Assembly (NCBI RefSeq): GCF_030028105.1 | Contig: NC_092392.1 | Span: forward strand, 15,330,613-15,394,612 | DNA from: Mobula birostris | Lineage: Eukaryota | Reading direction: 5' to 3' | DNA: 64,000 nucleotides | Part shown: positions 12,309-24,369 of the stretch, piece after piece | Position numbering within the stretch: the first letter of the stretch is position 1 | Layout: each line of letters starts with the position of its first letter | Notes under the pieces: generated by a model | Seen by the model: the letters and a program-made list of their open reading frames with translations, nothing else | Database searches by the model: none | What the model was told of the DNA's origin: nothing | Translations under genes and position numbers: made by a program

Positions 12309-12549
12309 TATGCAACTCTAACAGAGGTCAGGATCAGGCTTGGGTTACTGTAGCTATAACCGACACCATTTGAGGCATTTTGTTTACTTGACTAGTTCAA
12401 CATTAATTCAGCCCACATTAATATTCCCAATTTAATTTATTTGATTTCAAGATTTACACAGTTATGCATTCAGCAGTAAGAATGCCATAGTAACAATTGA
12501 TAATAATCCATAAACTGTCTACAATGTTCCTTTGAGAAGAAATCTTGAA

Positions 12550-12925
12550 GATTATATAAGATTATTAAGGGATTGGACACGCGAGAAGCAGGAAACATGT
12601 TCCCGACGTTGGGGAAGTCCAGAACCAGAGGCCACAGTTTAAGAATAAGGGGTAGGCTATTTAGAACGGAGTTGAGGAAAAACTTTTTCACCCAGAGTTG
12701 TGGATCTGTGGAATGCTCTGCCTCAGAAGGCAGTGGAGGCCAATTCTCTGGATGCTTTCAAGAAAGAGTTAGATAGAGCTCTTAAAGATAGTGGAGTCAA
12801 GGGATCTGGGGGGAAGGCAGGAACAGGGTACTGATTGTGGTTGATCAGCCATGATCACAGTGAATGGTGGTGCTGGCTTGAAGGGCCGAATGGCCTACTC
12901 CTGCACCTATTGTCTATTGTCTACT
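12550..12925 (+). mobile_element. CR1 LINE 3' end
   Basis: SRTRGHSLRIRG...RKNFFTQ motif, CR1 3' UTR and an (attgtct)n tail. Confidence 0.85.
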
Positions 12926-13499
12926 GAACTTCTTGCAGCAACAAATCAGCAAAATACTCCAACTATTCTCTCTTTTGTCACAACCTTGCCATTGTTAACC
13001 TGTTCTAAAGTTGTGTATTATTTTTATATTTTAGGGGCAACATAGGCCCTAATAGAACTGCTGCTCCATGACTCCAGCAATCCAGGTCCAAACTATACCT
13101 GTGGTGCCATCACGTGGAGTTTGCACATTAGCCTGTGACTGTATGTGTGGCAAGTGGAGGAATCTGGGCAGGGTAATGGGGAGAGGGCAAGTTGAGTATG
13201 GAATGCATTAAAAATTAAATGGAACTTGAAGTGAACTTAATGGATCAAAGGGCCCGTTTCTCTCTTATGATCTAATGGGTAAGTCAGTAGTGTCTTGCCA
13301 ACCGTAATTTTCTAACAAAATCTCTTTCACATAGGAACCATGTTTCTGTACATTTACTACTAACCAGATTGATACAGATTAAATAACGCTACTTTTTTAT
13401 TGTTTAAAGATCTACGTATAATATTTTGATTATTTCACATTGACAAGTTATGGCACAGCAGTTACATTGTTCTCAGAAGTTATATTACATCAGGATTCT

Positions 13500-14149
13500 C
13501 AACCAGACATGGAGGGAGAAGATGGCAACGCGACGCAGTGCGCGCAGCCGTTCCAAATGAATATCGTATGTGTAACTAGGGGGCCATGCACAATCCGGAT
13601 TTGATGGAGACAGCTGTGAGAAGCACGGAGGAACACCTGGAGTAACTTCTGAAATGCCTGCTTCGCTGCCGCTGCTACTGTGCGATCGAGAATCTCCGGA
13701 GACGAAGGCCCCAAATCCTCGGCTTTGCCTATTGCCTGTTGCCGGGGCCGGGGTTGAAACGCTCGGCAGAGATGGTGCTCGGTGCTCAGTGTCGAAGGGC
13801 TGGTCGGAGGCTCAGAGTTTTCGGACGGACTTGGAGTCAGACTATGGTCGGATGCTTCCAGTATGCTGCATCGGGAAGTTGGCGGTGCTGGAGGTTCACC
13901 ATCTGCGTGAGATGATGGGACTTTCGAGAGACTTTGAGACTTTTACCGTGCCATGGTCCGTTCTTATCAAATTACGGTATTGCTTTGCACTGTTGTAACT
14001 ATATGTTATAATTACATGGTTTTTGTTCATTCTTAAGTCGGGTTGTCATGTGTTTTCCTGATACCATTCTGGAAAAACATTGTATCATTTCTTAATGCAT
14101 GCATTACTAAATGACAATAAAAGAGGACTGTGTGTCCTCATAATCTAAG
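13500..14149 (+). mobile_element. ~640-bp non-autonomous retroelement (copy 1 of 3)
   Basis: Starts GC-rich with AAGATGGC and ends taaatgacaataaaagaggactg..cataatctaa. Homologous copies at 15005-15533 and 55730-56311. Confidence 0.75.
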
Positions 14150-14639
14150 ATCTCACAGCAGGAAAACTCCACTGCTCACCTTTGATTCTCTACTCCTAAC
14201 TGCAGCCTGGTGGAGATCCTTCCTTAATGCTCAAAATTGTCAGCAGGTGCAAGCAGTAAGAAACTGTTGTTGAGGTAGGAAACATCACCAACTCAACTTA
14301 AAAATTTTAGTATTACCAGGAAAGTATCGTTCTACACAGTAGACAGTTATTTATTTACTTCATATATTATGGATATCTCTGATCAACATCTAGGATGCAA
14401 GGTTGTGTTATCACAATCTGCAGTTCCAACTCCAAGAACTTTTCAGCCTTCAAGTCCAACACGCTTTTGGCTTTCTTCATTTCCAATCACAGGTGAATTC
14501 TTACTTCAGCAACTGATCCACCATTGGCAACCATGTATTCAGTTGCTGAAGTCTTCAGCTGCAGAACTCCTCCTTCTCTCTTCTCAAAATATGCTTTAAA
14601 ATCTATCAGTTTAATATTGCTCATCACAATATTTCTGTG

Positions 14640-14900
14640 GTAACATATATAGCCGTTAGCACGGCGCTATCGCATCAGAGTTCGTAGTTCAATTCCAACG
14701 TCATCCGTAAGGAGTCGGTACGTCCTCTCCATGAAAGCATGGGTTTCCTCCAGGTGCTCCCGTTTCCTCCCACACTCCGGTTAGTAGGTTATTTGGTGAT
14801 TGCCAACTGTCCCATGATTAGGTTAGGGTTAAACCGGGGCCGGCACGGCTCAAAGGGCCAGAAGGGCCTATTTCACGTTGTATCTCTAAATAAATAAATG
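14640..14900 (+). mobile_element. tRNA-derived V-SINE (HE1-like)
   Basis: B-box-like gttcaattcc, V domain gggtttcctccaggtgctcc.gtttcctcccac, and a (taaa)n tail. Confidence 0.75.
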
Positions 14901-15004
14901 AACTTTGTTTGACAATGCTCTCATGAAGTACCTTGTCATTTACAAAGGTTTTTTTTGCATAATACATAGGTGCAGGTTAAAAGATTTTCCTTAATTAAAA
15001 TCCT

Positions 15005-15533
15005 TGATGGAGAGGGACGTGAAAGCACAGAGGAACATCCGGAAAAATTTCTGAAACGCTCTTTCGCTGCTGTTGTTACTGCACGGTCGGGAATCTTTCG
15101 GAGGGAAGGCCTCAAAATCCCTGGCTTTGCCTGCTGTTGGTGACCAAGAAGGAGGTCGAATCGTTCAGATAGAGATGGCGCTCAGTACTCGGTGTCGGAG
15201 AGCTGATCAGAGCTCGAAGTTTTCGGATGACTCAGAGTCAGACTGTGGTCGGGTACGGCGGGGAGAGTTTTTTTTCCTTCTCCCGTCTGCGTGAGGTGTG
15301 GGACATTTGAGAGACTTTGAACTTTTACTGTGCTCATGGACTTCTTCATCAAGTTATGGTACTATTGCACTGTTGTAACTATATGTTATAATTACGTGGT
15401 TTTGTTAGTATTTTTTTCAGTCTTGGTCTGCCCTGTGTTTTGTGATACCACACCGGAGGAAATACTGTATCATTTCTTAATGCATGCATTACTAAGTGAC
15501 AATAAAAGAGGACTGCGTGTCTTCATAATCTAA
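15005..15533 (+). mobile_element. Non-autonomous retroelement (copy 2, 5'-truncated)
   Basis: Aligns by eye to 13600-14149. Confidence 0.75.
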
Positions 15534-15559
15534 TTATTAGAACTTATGTGTTTATTTCC

Positions 15560-15829
15560 CCCTACAGATTTTACTCTTTTAAATAAATATTCTACATTTG
15601 TTATGCCATAAGTGACTTATAATTGGCTTATCACTATATTCATGCGAGGAAAATATGCGCTGTGTATTTAATATTAAATTCATTAGATAAACTTATAAGT
15701 GACTTATAGTTGACTTATCACCTATATTCCGGTCGTGATTAACACCCCCCCCCCCACCGGTTGGCCGGTCCGCAAGAATATTGTTAATATTAAACCGGTC
15801 CACAGTGCAAAAAAGGTTGGGGACCCCTG
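15560..15829. mobile_element. hAT-type DNA element end fragment
   Basis: Ends with ccggtcc..gtgcaaaaaaggttggggacccctg, a Charlie-like TIR; internal short repeats aagtgacttata. Confidence 0.55.
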
Positions 15830-15988
15830 TGCTATGGAGTTATAATAACTTTGTTGATTCAACTTTACACAATACTTTAATTACTTAAAAACAATAATCT
15901 TGCATATGGGATTGAAAGAAATTATTAGCACTTTAAATTAAGAAATAAAAAGGACTATAAGATAAACATTAAGAATGCTTACTTATAC

Positions 15989-16098
15989 CTTTAATGAATT
16001 CAAGATACTGTGCCCTTTCTCAGTTTCCACATAGCAGTTATCACACTCCATTTTTTTAATTTTAACGCATCCTTTCTGAAATGTACTAATATCCAGAT
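15989..16098 (-). CDS. FAM185A: FAM185A coding exon 2 (110 bp)
   Basis: ttgcag|AT CTG GAT...TTA AAG|gtataagt. Translates (D)LDISTFQKGCVKIKKMECDNCYVETEKGHSILNSLK vs remembered human LDIKSSGSGCVKVQSIEGDNCKIETEHGTSILQSVK. Phase 1 in, phase 0 out. Confidence 0.92.
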
Positions 16099-16514
16099 CT
16101 GCAAAACAAAATTTTGATTCAATAGTTTTAAGCAATATCACAACATACTAAACAGGATGTTTGAAAGTCAAATTGCAGATGCTGGAATCTGAAATAAAGT
16201 TGGAAAATACTCTAACATTTAATTGGCAGGGCAGCATCTGGGGAAAGATAAATGGAGTTAAATGATTCATGTCAAAAACCTTGACAACGAGGAAAAACTA
16301 TTTCTCTTAAATGGCAGAGGATAAATAGAACAAAGATCTATCTTTGTCCTATCCATCCTCTGCAACTGAAGACATTTTTGTCATTTTCCCAGTTGTTCTG
16401 ATCATCAATATAGACAATTTCTTCCCTTCACAGATGCTGCTCGCCTGCATTAATTGTTTTGGATTAAAATTAGTAAACTGTTCAGACAGTTTCAAATTGC
16501 AAATAATTACTCAC

Positions 16515-16926
16515 CGAACTTTACCGGAGTTATCAGATCAATACGAGCATCACTGCTAATGTTTTCTGAAACCACTAGCATCTGCTTACGAGCCTTATCA
16601 TACTGCACCAGAACATCGTCCAGGTTTTCAGCTTGGTTGGGGGAAAGGAGCTCAACAAAAGCGCGGTCAGCTGCTGGGTAACCATGCGGATCCAACGCCT
16701 TCACGGACACATCGCAGGGCAGGCGGACCTTTAAGGAACTGAACGGATCCACCAGCATGGTCCAGCGTTTCAAGGCACTGCCCTTCTGTTTGGAGCCCAG
16801 GCTTCGATTATGAGCCAGAGGCCTCCTGGGCACTGCACAGAGAAAACTGCGGCTGATCACACAGGCCCCCTCCTTGAGCAATACCGCTCGACGGGCTCTG
16901 TGGCAAAATACAACGAGCAAAGTCAT
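16515..16926 (-). CDS. FAM185A: FAM185A coding exon 1 (likely start MTLLVVF..., Arg-rich N-terminus)
   Basis: LKRWTMLVDPFSSLKVRLPCDVSVKALDPHGYPAADRAFV...ITPVKF matches human LKEWTLQVSPFGRLRARLPCHLAVRPLDPLTYPDGDRV...NAPLKF; donor G|gtgagt. Start codon choice is inferred. Confidence 0.9.
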
Positions 16927-17057
16927 GCTGCGCCCAGGACAGGACAACTCTCTCACGGCCGATCTGCAGTCACGATTGTTGTTGTTGTTTCGCTGAGCGC
17001 GGAGCAGGGGATGCTGGGAGTTGAAGTCTCTGCACTCCAGCCACCTCATCAGGGTAA

Positions 17058-17077
17058 ACTACAATTCCCAGAACGCA
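17058..17077 (+). promoter_or_regulatory. ZNF143/THAP11 (ACTACAnnTCCCA) motif in the FAM185A-CCDC146 bidirectional promoter
   Basis: ACTACAATTCCCAGAACGCA lies about 130 bp upstream of the FAM185A ATG in a CpG-rich zone. Confidence 0.8.
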
Positions 17078-17462
17078 ATGCGGGAGCCGTTCCAGGCCGA
17101 CTATGACTATGAATTTTTTTTAAAAAGTTTGCTGATAAATACTGAGGATGACTGAACTTCACAGCCATTTCATAAAAGAGGACTTTTAGCATTGTCAACT
17201 TCTCAGCAGTATAGAACTCTAGTGAAAGAGCTATACCAGTACAGTTGTTTAAAACTGATACAACTCAGTTTTTAAAAATAATATTAACTAATATCATGGA
17301 GTTGTTTAAAACTACAGCAGTATGTGCGTGGTTTGCGTATTAAAACAAAATTAACATATACTGTATTTACAGATTCATAAGGGTGGCCGGTTCGATGAGA
17401 AGGTAACCGATCGGTTTTCCGGGGACCTACCCTTGACTGTCCCAAAGCGACGCCCCATCTGA

Positions 17463-17505
17463 CCAATGGAAAGGCAGGGTTCGGGAGAATGGTTACCATG
17501 GAAAT
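17463..17505 (+). promoter_or_regulatory. CCAAT box and RFX X-box near the putative CCDC146 transcription start
   Basis: CCAAT at 17463-17467. GTTACCATGGAAAT at 17492-17505 closely fits GTTRCCATGGNAAC; CCDC146 is a ciliary/flagellar gene. Confidence 0.7.
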
Positions 17506-17576
17506 GCTGAGCGCTAGCCGTAAACGACCGAGAAGCTGTGGCCCCAAAGACTCTGTAAGGAACGGCAGCTTGTAAG
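17500..17576 (+). other. CCDC146: Candidate non-coding first exon of CCDC146
   Basis: CpG-rich stretch ending at the donor-like AAG|gtataa. The first coding exon has an acceptor just 5 nt before its ATG, which requires an upstream UTR exon. Exact limits are uncertain. Confidence 0.4.
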
Positions 17577-17891
17577 GTATAAAATGATGTGTTTTGAGAA
17601 ATGTCAAGCAAAAGTTTGTGGGCAAAGACAAGGTGTCTTGTGGCAGAGGGGGGAAAAAAATCAGCGCTGCCCAATCCTGGATTTAAAATTCTTCAAACTT
17701 CTTCTGGGAGGATGAGGGGTCTGTTTTATGGGGTTGCTGTATCTTGAAGCTTCCTCCAGAACTGGACCATGTTAAAATAGGCCGTGGTCTGCTTGGTTTC
17801 CACAAGGGAAAATCTTGCCTGACAAATCTGTTGGATTGTTGAGACTTTTAAAAAGCACTGGAGAGGCTTCATTTGAAGTATGTGAGCAGTC

Positions 17892-18475
17892 TTGAATTGA
17901 ATTGAATTGACTTTATTATTTACATCCTTCATATACATAAGGACTAAAATCTTTATGCTACATCGTCTAAATGTGCAATGTATAGTAATTTATAATAAAT
18001 AGTATGTACAACAGGATAGTCAATATAACATAGAAATACTGTTGTGTCAGCATGAATTAAGTCTGGTGGAAGAAGCTGTGGGTCCTGGCTTTTATGCTGC
18101 GGTACCATTTCCCGGATGGTAGCAGCTGGAACAGTTTATGGTTGGAGTGACTCGGGTCCCCAATGATTCTTTGGGCCCTTTTTATACACCTGTCTTTGTA
18201 AATGTCCCAAATAGTGAGAAGTTCACATCTCCAGATGTGCAGGGCCGTCCGAACCACTCTCTGCAGAGTTCTGCAATTGAGGGAAGTACAATTCCCATAC
18301 CAGGCAGTGATGCAGCCAGTCAGGATGCTCCCAGTTGTGCCCCTGTAGAAAGTTCTTCAGATTTGGGGGCCCATGCCAAACTTCTTCAACCATCTGAGGT
18401 CAAAGAGGTGATGTTGTGCCTTTTTCACCACACAGCCACTATGTACAGACCAAGTGAGATCCTCAGTGATGTGTA
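17892..18475 (-). mobile_element. Rex/Babar-type LINE 3' fragment
   Basis: (TTGAA)n tail; peptide RCIKRAQRIIGDPSHSNHKLFQLLPSGKWYRSIKART. Same family as 28100-29245. Confidence 0.85.
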
Positions 18476-18509
18476 CTTCATTGATATATTTTTTCATTCT
18501 CTAGATAAA

Positions 18510-18662
18510 ATGAGTGGAGGGGAAGAATTGATTCCTGATGTATCTGATGAAGAGATTGATGAAGATGAGGAAGTCATCACAGCTGTTGCTCCAACTACAG
18601 ATATTCAAGAGGAGCAAACTGTGGATATGACTACCAGTCCAGCTTTTCAGTGCTTAGATGAA
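18510..18662 (+). CDS. CCDC146: CCDC146 first coding exon (153 bp CDS)
   Basis: ctctag|ataaaATG...GAA|gtaagt. MSGGEELIPDVSDEEIDEDEEVITAVAPTTDIQEEQTVDMTTSPAFQCLDE vs remembered human ...EPIYAIVPTINIQDERFVDLSETPAFIFLHE. Confidence 0.9.
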
Positions 18663-18919
18663 GTAAGTTCTCTTCTAATTTTGCACTAATTGATGCTCTG
18701 TGGGTTTGAAGTCTGGTTGGGAACTTTGCATATCCTCAATTGTGGTTGGATGAAGCTCCCTGAGAACAGTTTTAACTTTGTCCAGTTGACAGCTCATTTT
18801 ATATCATTGCCTAGCTTTTACTTCTGTTCCTCAGTAATCTTAAGAGTTGGGAGAAGTGCTGAATATAGGCTTCCAATTCACTATCATTTATTTTACACTA
18901 CTGCATCTCATTGTTTACA

Positions 18920-19360
18920 ACAACTGCAAGGGGGGCGGGGGATAATAGGCAGATGAGGCCAGGTGGAAGAGGGGAGGTGGAAGTGTAGAGACTGAAGTTG
19001 GTAAGTAATAGGTAGGACCAGATAAGGGAGGGATGTTGAGCATGTGGAACCAGATGAGGAGAGAGGGTGATTGGTGGGAGTAGGAAAATAATACAAGGGG
19101 GGGTGGATTACTTGAACTGGAAGATTCAATGTTTGTACCATTGGTTTCATGCCTCATATCCTAGGCTCAATATGAGGTGTGTTTGGCTTCAACATAGCAG
19201 TGGAAAAGACTAAGGACATGAAGGGTGGTGTGGGAATGAGAATGGGAGTTAAAATGACCAGCAACCGGAAGCTCAAGATGGCTGTTACAGACAGTGCAGG
19301 TACTATGCAGAATGGTTGCCTGATCTATGCTTGGTGTCGCCAATATAGAGATAGCCATGC
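18920..19360 (-). mobile_element. Old Penelope-like element fragment
   Basis: VCNSHLELPVAGHFNSHSHSH, homologous to the GIY-YIG C-terminus at 7200-7390, plus the UTR (purine-rich on +). Confidence 0.7.
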
Positions 19361-21184
19361 TACATACATTATAACCCACCTTCAGAAAATGTGACAAAAC
19401 TGTAGTTGAGGATGAAATTGGTGGCAAAGTGGTGGGAGAACCTTTTGTCCTTAAATGACATTATGTATTGTAAATGAAATGGATCAAACACAAGTCACCA
19501 TATGCTGTTTATTTTATTATCAAAATGTTTAGTAGTTTTACAGATCTGTGGAAGTTCTTGGAGCTTGCAATAGAAACATCATAATGAAAGTTAATATTCA
19601 AGTTCACTTTTTTACACACATCTTTTGTAAACAGCAGTTTATTTTGATTCTTTTAACTACTTTGCCAAAAATTTGCAAGAATTACATAGATACAATGCTC
19701 TCTTTATCATTAAATTGCTGAATAATTTGTTGCAAAGTATTGTTTTAACGTTGCATGAGCATTACAATAACAATATAAGGAGTGCAACAAGTACAAAAGG
19801 AATCTATTAACGAGTATACAACAAAGTTAGATTAATTTTTTTTACTAATTGCAATTAGTATTCTGCTGGTGTTAGAATGATAAATCATTATTTATGTTAT
19901 GTATCATTATTTATGTACCATTATTTATGTTCTGAAAAAAAACCTTTCATAGGTTCATAAAGCCTATTGGATTGCTTAGACATTGACCTGAAATTCCCTA
20001 ACAAAACAATACAAAACGGATGATTTAAAAAAGTCGCTGTGCACCGCTTGAAAAGATGAGGGAATGCAAAAGCTGGAATCTGGAGCAAAAAGTACACTAC
20101 TCGAGAAACTTAGTGATTGAGTAGCATCTGTGAGAGGAGAAAAATTGTCAACATTTCAGTTAAGACCCTACAGCTGTCCTGATGCAGGACCTCGATACAA
20201 AACGCCAACATTTCCCCTCCCCATACAGGTGCTGCCGCAACTGATGAGTTCCTTCACCCTTTTTTCTCCAGAAAATTTCAACCCAACTGTAGTTTAGAGT
20301 TGGAGCCGCATAGAAAGCACAGTATCCAGGTTGGACCAAGAATGAAATCTTGGGCCTCACCTCTTTGTTTGCTCTGCAACCAATGGCTGTTCTACCTCAT
20401 CTACAGTCACAATAACAAGTAGAAATATATTTTACATCCCCATGTACACATTTTTCCATTATATATTCTTCTTCTTAACAACTAGCTTTTTAAAATCACA
20501 CGTTAACTTCCCAAGGTAATTTAAAAAGAAAAGCAACCTGTAACATAACGCAGGGAAATTAAGAAGATTAAAATAGTTGACGTGATGGGTTTTGATGAGG
20601 CTCTTGTTGGTGTGAAAAGAAGTGGAATACCTTGCCATTGGTGATAGGGAAAGGAGAACAGGAATCTATCGGAGGGCACTGTAAAAAGCGCTGAGGGTAT
20701 TGGAGATGGATTAAAACAAACAATTAACGGGGCAAGATTGTGCAGGTATCCAAAGATAAGTAAGAGTAAAATTTACTACATTGAAGAATGGGTATCTAAT
20801 GGAGATTAAAGAGGAGACTGCTAAATGATCCTGTTTAGATCATATGAACATAAGAAAAGGAAGCCGTTTGACCCTCCATGCTTGTTCTGCCATTCATTAA
20901 GATCACGGCTGACTTTCTACCTCAGTGCCAATTTCCTGAAATGACCCCATATCCCTTCATCATCTTAGCACCCAAAATATATCAAACTATGCTTTGACAG
21001 ACTCAGTGAATCAGCGTCCACAGTCCTCTTGGTTAGGGAATTCCAAAGATTCCAAAGGTAAGAATTCCCTTCTCATCTCTATTCTGAATGGTCCACCCAT
21101 TATTTGAGATCCTGCCCCAATTTCAATGGATGATACAATTCTATCCTAATATGTTGTATAAAATCCTTTAGAAATTTTATGTAT

Positions 21185-21480
21185 GTATGTATTTAGAGAT
21201 GCAGTGCAGAACAGACCTTTCCAGCCCAAAAAGCTGCACCACCCAGCAACCAACCTATTTAACCCTAGCCTAATCGCAGAACAATTTACAATGACCAGTT
21301 AACCTATTTACCAGTACGTCTTTGGAATGTGGGAGGAAACCAGAGCACCCTGAGGAAACCCACACATTCACGGAGAGGAACACATAAACTCCTTTATAGC
21401 TGTGTTGGAAAAGATCTCCGAACTCCAACGTCCCGAACTGTAATAGCATCACACTAGCTACTACAGTACCATGGTACCCC
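21185..21480 (-). mobile_element. V-SINE (HE1-like)
   Basis: Reverse complement of the V domain (tgtgggaggaaaccagagcaccctgaggaaacccac) and a tRNA-like head. Confidence 0.75.
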
Positions 21481-22423
21481 ACAGTACAAAATTAAAATTT
21501 TGTATAATTAAATCAGATTAATTCAACAAGAAATAGGATGAACAAGTTTCATAAATTAGAGCTAATGTAAGGTGGAATTTGAAAGGTTAGTTGTGAGAAA
21601 TAAATTCAAGAAGTGTCAAAAATATGCAAGAACTTATTGAAGGAGGAGCTAAGGATATGAAAGTAAGAAGACTTGAGAAAAAGGATAGGAACGCCAGTGT
21701 TGGTCGAGGAAGACACTGTTTGCACAGTCCAGTTACTATAATATGTTGGTCAACTGTGGCAAAGGAGAAGATTTTGCAGCAGAATTGAATATGACGGCTC
21801 CAGTCTTCCCAGTGTGGCTGGAAGGTATGTTAACTCAACTAAGACCTGATTTCAGAGAGGCAATTTGACATAATGGAAATGGTATTGATTCAAAGGAAGT
21901 GATAGAAAATAAGAGCCAGGTATCTCCAGTGTTATAACAATCGGAAGACCTTGGGATGGGGTAGTTTATCTTAGGTCAGAAGTGCTAAAGTTCTCACAAG
22001 AGTATCAGCAGATGGTTGTACTGAGTTTTCAAAATTTGGTTATTTTAACAACGTATAACCAAATGTTGATCAGTGAATTCAACTTGCAGTTGATATTTTA
22101 ACGTGATCAATTCTGGCAGCTTCAAAGTAAAGCTAAATTTATTTTTAAACAAATCTTTTGGGAACTTCTGAAATAAAAATACAAAATACAAGAAATAGCT
22201 GCATTTGTGGAGGAAGAGCGACACGGAATTAACATTTCAGGCCAATGGGTAAAACGTCACTTTTCCAGTTCTGATGCAAGGTTATTGAACTAAAGTATTT
22301 ACTCTCTCTTTCTCTGTAGATGCTGCCTGACCTGCTGAGTATCTCCTACATTTTCTTATTTAATTTTAAAGTTCTACCACTGGATTTTTATTGCTTTTGG
22401 AAACCTTAGTTATTGGTTTGTAT

Positions 22424-23127
22424 CTATGGCACAATTTCTTTTGGCCTGATGAGCATTCTTACTGTTTTGAAAGCATGTCGATAGCCGTTCAGAGTTTCAC
22501 TTTGTATTTTATACCAAGTGCCCCAAAAGATCCCATTTCTGATCCCTCTGTAATACTTTTTATAATATTTACCATTGAGGTTGGCTGCCATGCAAGCATC
22601 AAACCACCAGCCAGAACTATAATAGGCTCCACAGTTACCTGAAGGGTACATATCATTATCTTTGTCCTTGGTGGTAAAGTATTTTTGATTATGGTTATAT
22701 TTTTCATTGTAAAGCATTGCATCACCAGCTGTGCCAGAGTAACCAGAAATACTCAGACGATATTGGTCCTTTTCATCTGCAACAGAGAATTGACTGTATT
22801 CGGCATATTTTTGGACTCCATTCCAATCTTCAATTTCAATTCTTAAAATCACCTTCTTGGATGTTGTCAGGTAATGTATTTTGTCATTTCCCAGCCAAAA
22901 TTCTGTTGATAGGTTCCCGAATCCATTTTTGTAATCTGTCCAGGTTCGATTAAAATCAACACTACCATCTTTGCGAGATTGCAGAACTATCCAGCCTCCC
23001 TTCAGACTTTCCATCTCACAATAGACTTGAAAGGTTTTATTTGGACAGTGAGCAATTTCATAGATGCCGCTTTTCTCAATTCCTTGTTCATAAAGATCTG
23101 AGCAATCTTGAGGCGGAGATTTTATAG
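22424..23127 (-). CDS. FGL2: FGL2-like exon 2: fibrinogen C-terminal (FReD) domain to the stop codon
   Basis: ttgcag|CT ATA... reads PQDCSDLY...FQVYCEMESLKGGW...DFNRTWTDYKNGFGNLSTEFWLGNDKIHYLT...YPSGNCGAYYSSGWWFDACMAANLNGKYY...RNGIFWGTW...MLIRPK. YPSGNCG and RNGIFWGTW are FGL2-diagnostic. Confidence 0.93.
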
Positions 23128-23504
23128 CTGCAAATAGGGAAATAGGTCACTAATTTCATTATCTTAAACCAAAATAGTTTGGTCATATCAGTTTGAATAA
23201 CTTGACCAGATTTACGTTGGCAAACAATACAGTGGTATAGGTACTTGTTTAATACTTACTCTCCCACTTTTAAATCGTAACAGAATATGATAGAAGCAAT
23301 CGTAATAGAAGCAATTTGTTTTTGTGGCTTAAAAATTCCAATATTAAGTTTCCTTTCATTTAATTAATCTGGAACAAGACTGTAAGAAGCTAAGAGAATA
23401 TAAAGAAAGCAAAAGCAACATGTACAGTATATCTTGTTCTACTTGGTATTTATATCTTTTAAAATGTTTTAACTCTATATTTACTGATGCATATAATTAT
23501 GATC

Positions 23505-24115
23505 CTACACAAAGTGTTGGAGGAACTAAGCAGGTCAGGCAGCATCTTTGGAGAGGAATAAACCGTCGATATTTTGGGCCAAGACCCTTCATCAGGACTT
23601 GAAAGGGAAGGGAGAAGGTAGCAGAAAAAGAAGGTAGTGTACAAACTGGCAGGTGAGGTGAAACCAGCTGAGGGGGAAGGTGGGTGAGTGGGAGAGTGAG
23701 AATGAAATGAGAAGCTGGGCGGTGATTGGTAGAAGAGAGAAAAGGCTGAAGAAGAAGGAATTTGATAGGAAAGAGCAGTGGACAATGGCACCAGAGGCAG
23801 GTGAGAAGAGAAGAGGGGAGCCAGATGGGGAATAGAAAAAGAATGGAAGGGAGGGAGGGGAAATTGCTGGAAGCTAGAGAAATTGATTTTCATGCCATCA
23901 GAGTGGAGGCTGCCTCCTCCAGCCTGAGAGTGGCCTCATGGTGGCAGTAGAGCTCATGAAGTGGTCTACCAATCTATGTCAGGTTTCACCGATGTAGAGT
24001 AGGCTGCACTAACAGTATCAGATGCATTAATGACTCCAATAGACTTGCAGGTGAATTTTCTCCTAACCTGGAAGGACAGCTTAGGGCATTGAATGGTGAC
24101 ATTGTGGATGGTGTA
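23505..24115 (-). mobile_element. Penelope-like fragment with a decayed hammerhead, in the FGL2 intron
   Basis: Minus strand GTCCTGATGAAGGGTCTTGGCCCAAAATATCGAC; FQVRRKFTCKSIGVI remnant. Confidence 0.75.
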
Positions 24116-24369
24116 GAAAATGTGGGCAATGAAATTGCAAGTGGAGTTCAATACAGGCAAGAGTGAAATGTTGTACTTTGGGAGAACAAATGAAAAGAAA
24201 AAGTACATAGTTAATGGCAGGATCCTTAAATGGATTGATGTGAAGAGTAACCTTGGGGTCTATACAAAAATGAGAATGCTCACGCAAGTTGAGAGGATTG
24301 TAAAGAAATCTTGAGGCATGCTTGCCTTTATTGATTTAGTTCAAGAGGCAATAAGTTAGTGTAAAGTCT

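Noticed and set aside
14640-14710. tRNA gene
   Set aside because: Only a decayed tRNA-like SINE head followed by a V domain; no cloverleaf.
16927-17049. N-terminal extension of FAM185A from the upstream ATG at 17049
   Set aside because: No recognisable homology and it abuts the ZNF143 promoter motif; the ATG at 16926 gives a typical length. Not fully excluded.
18138-18689. 183-aa plus-strand ORF as a single-exon gene
   Set aside because: It is a chimera of antisense Rex LINE sequence and the real CCDC146 exon (18510-18662).
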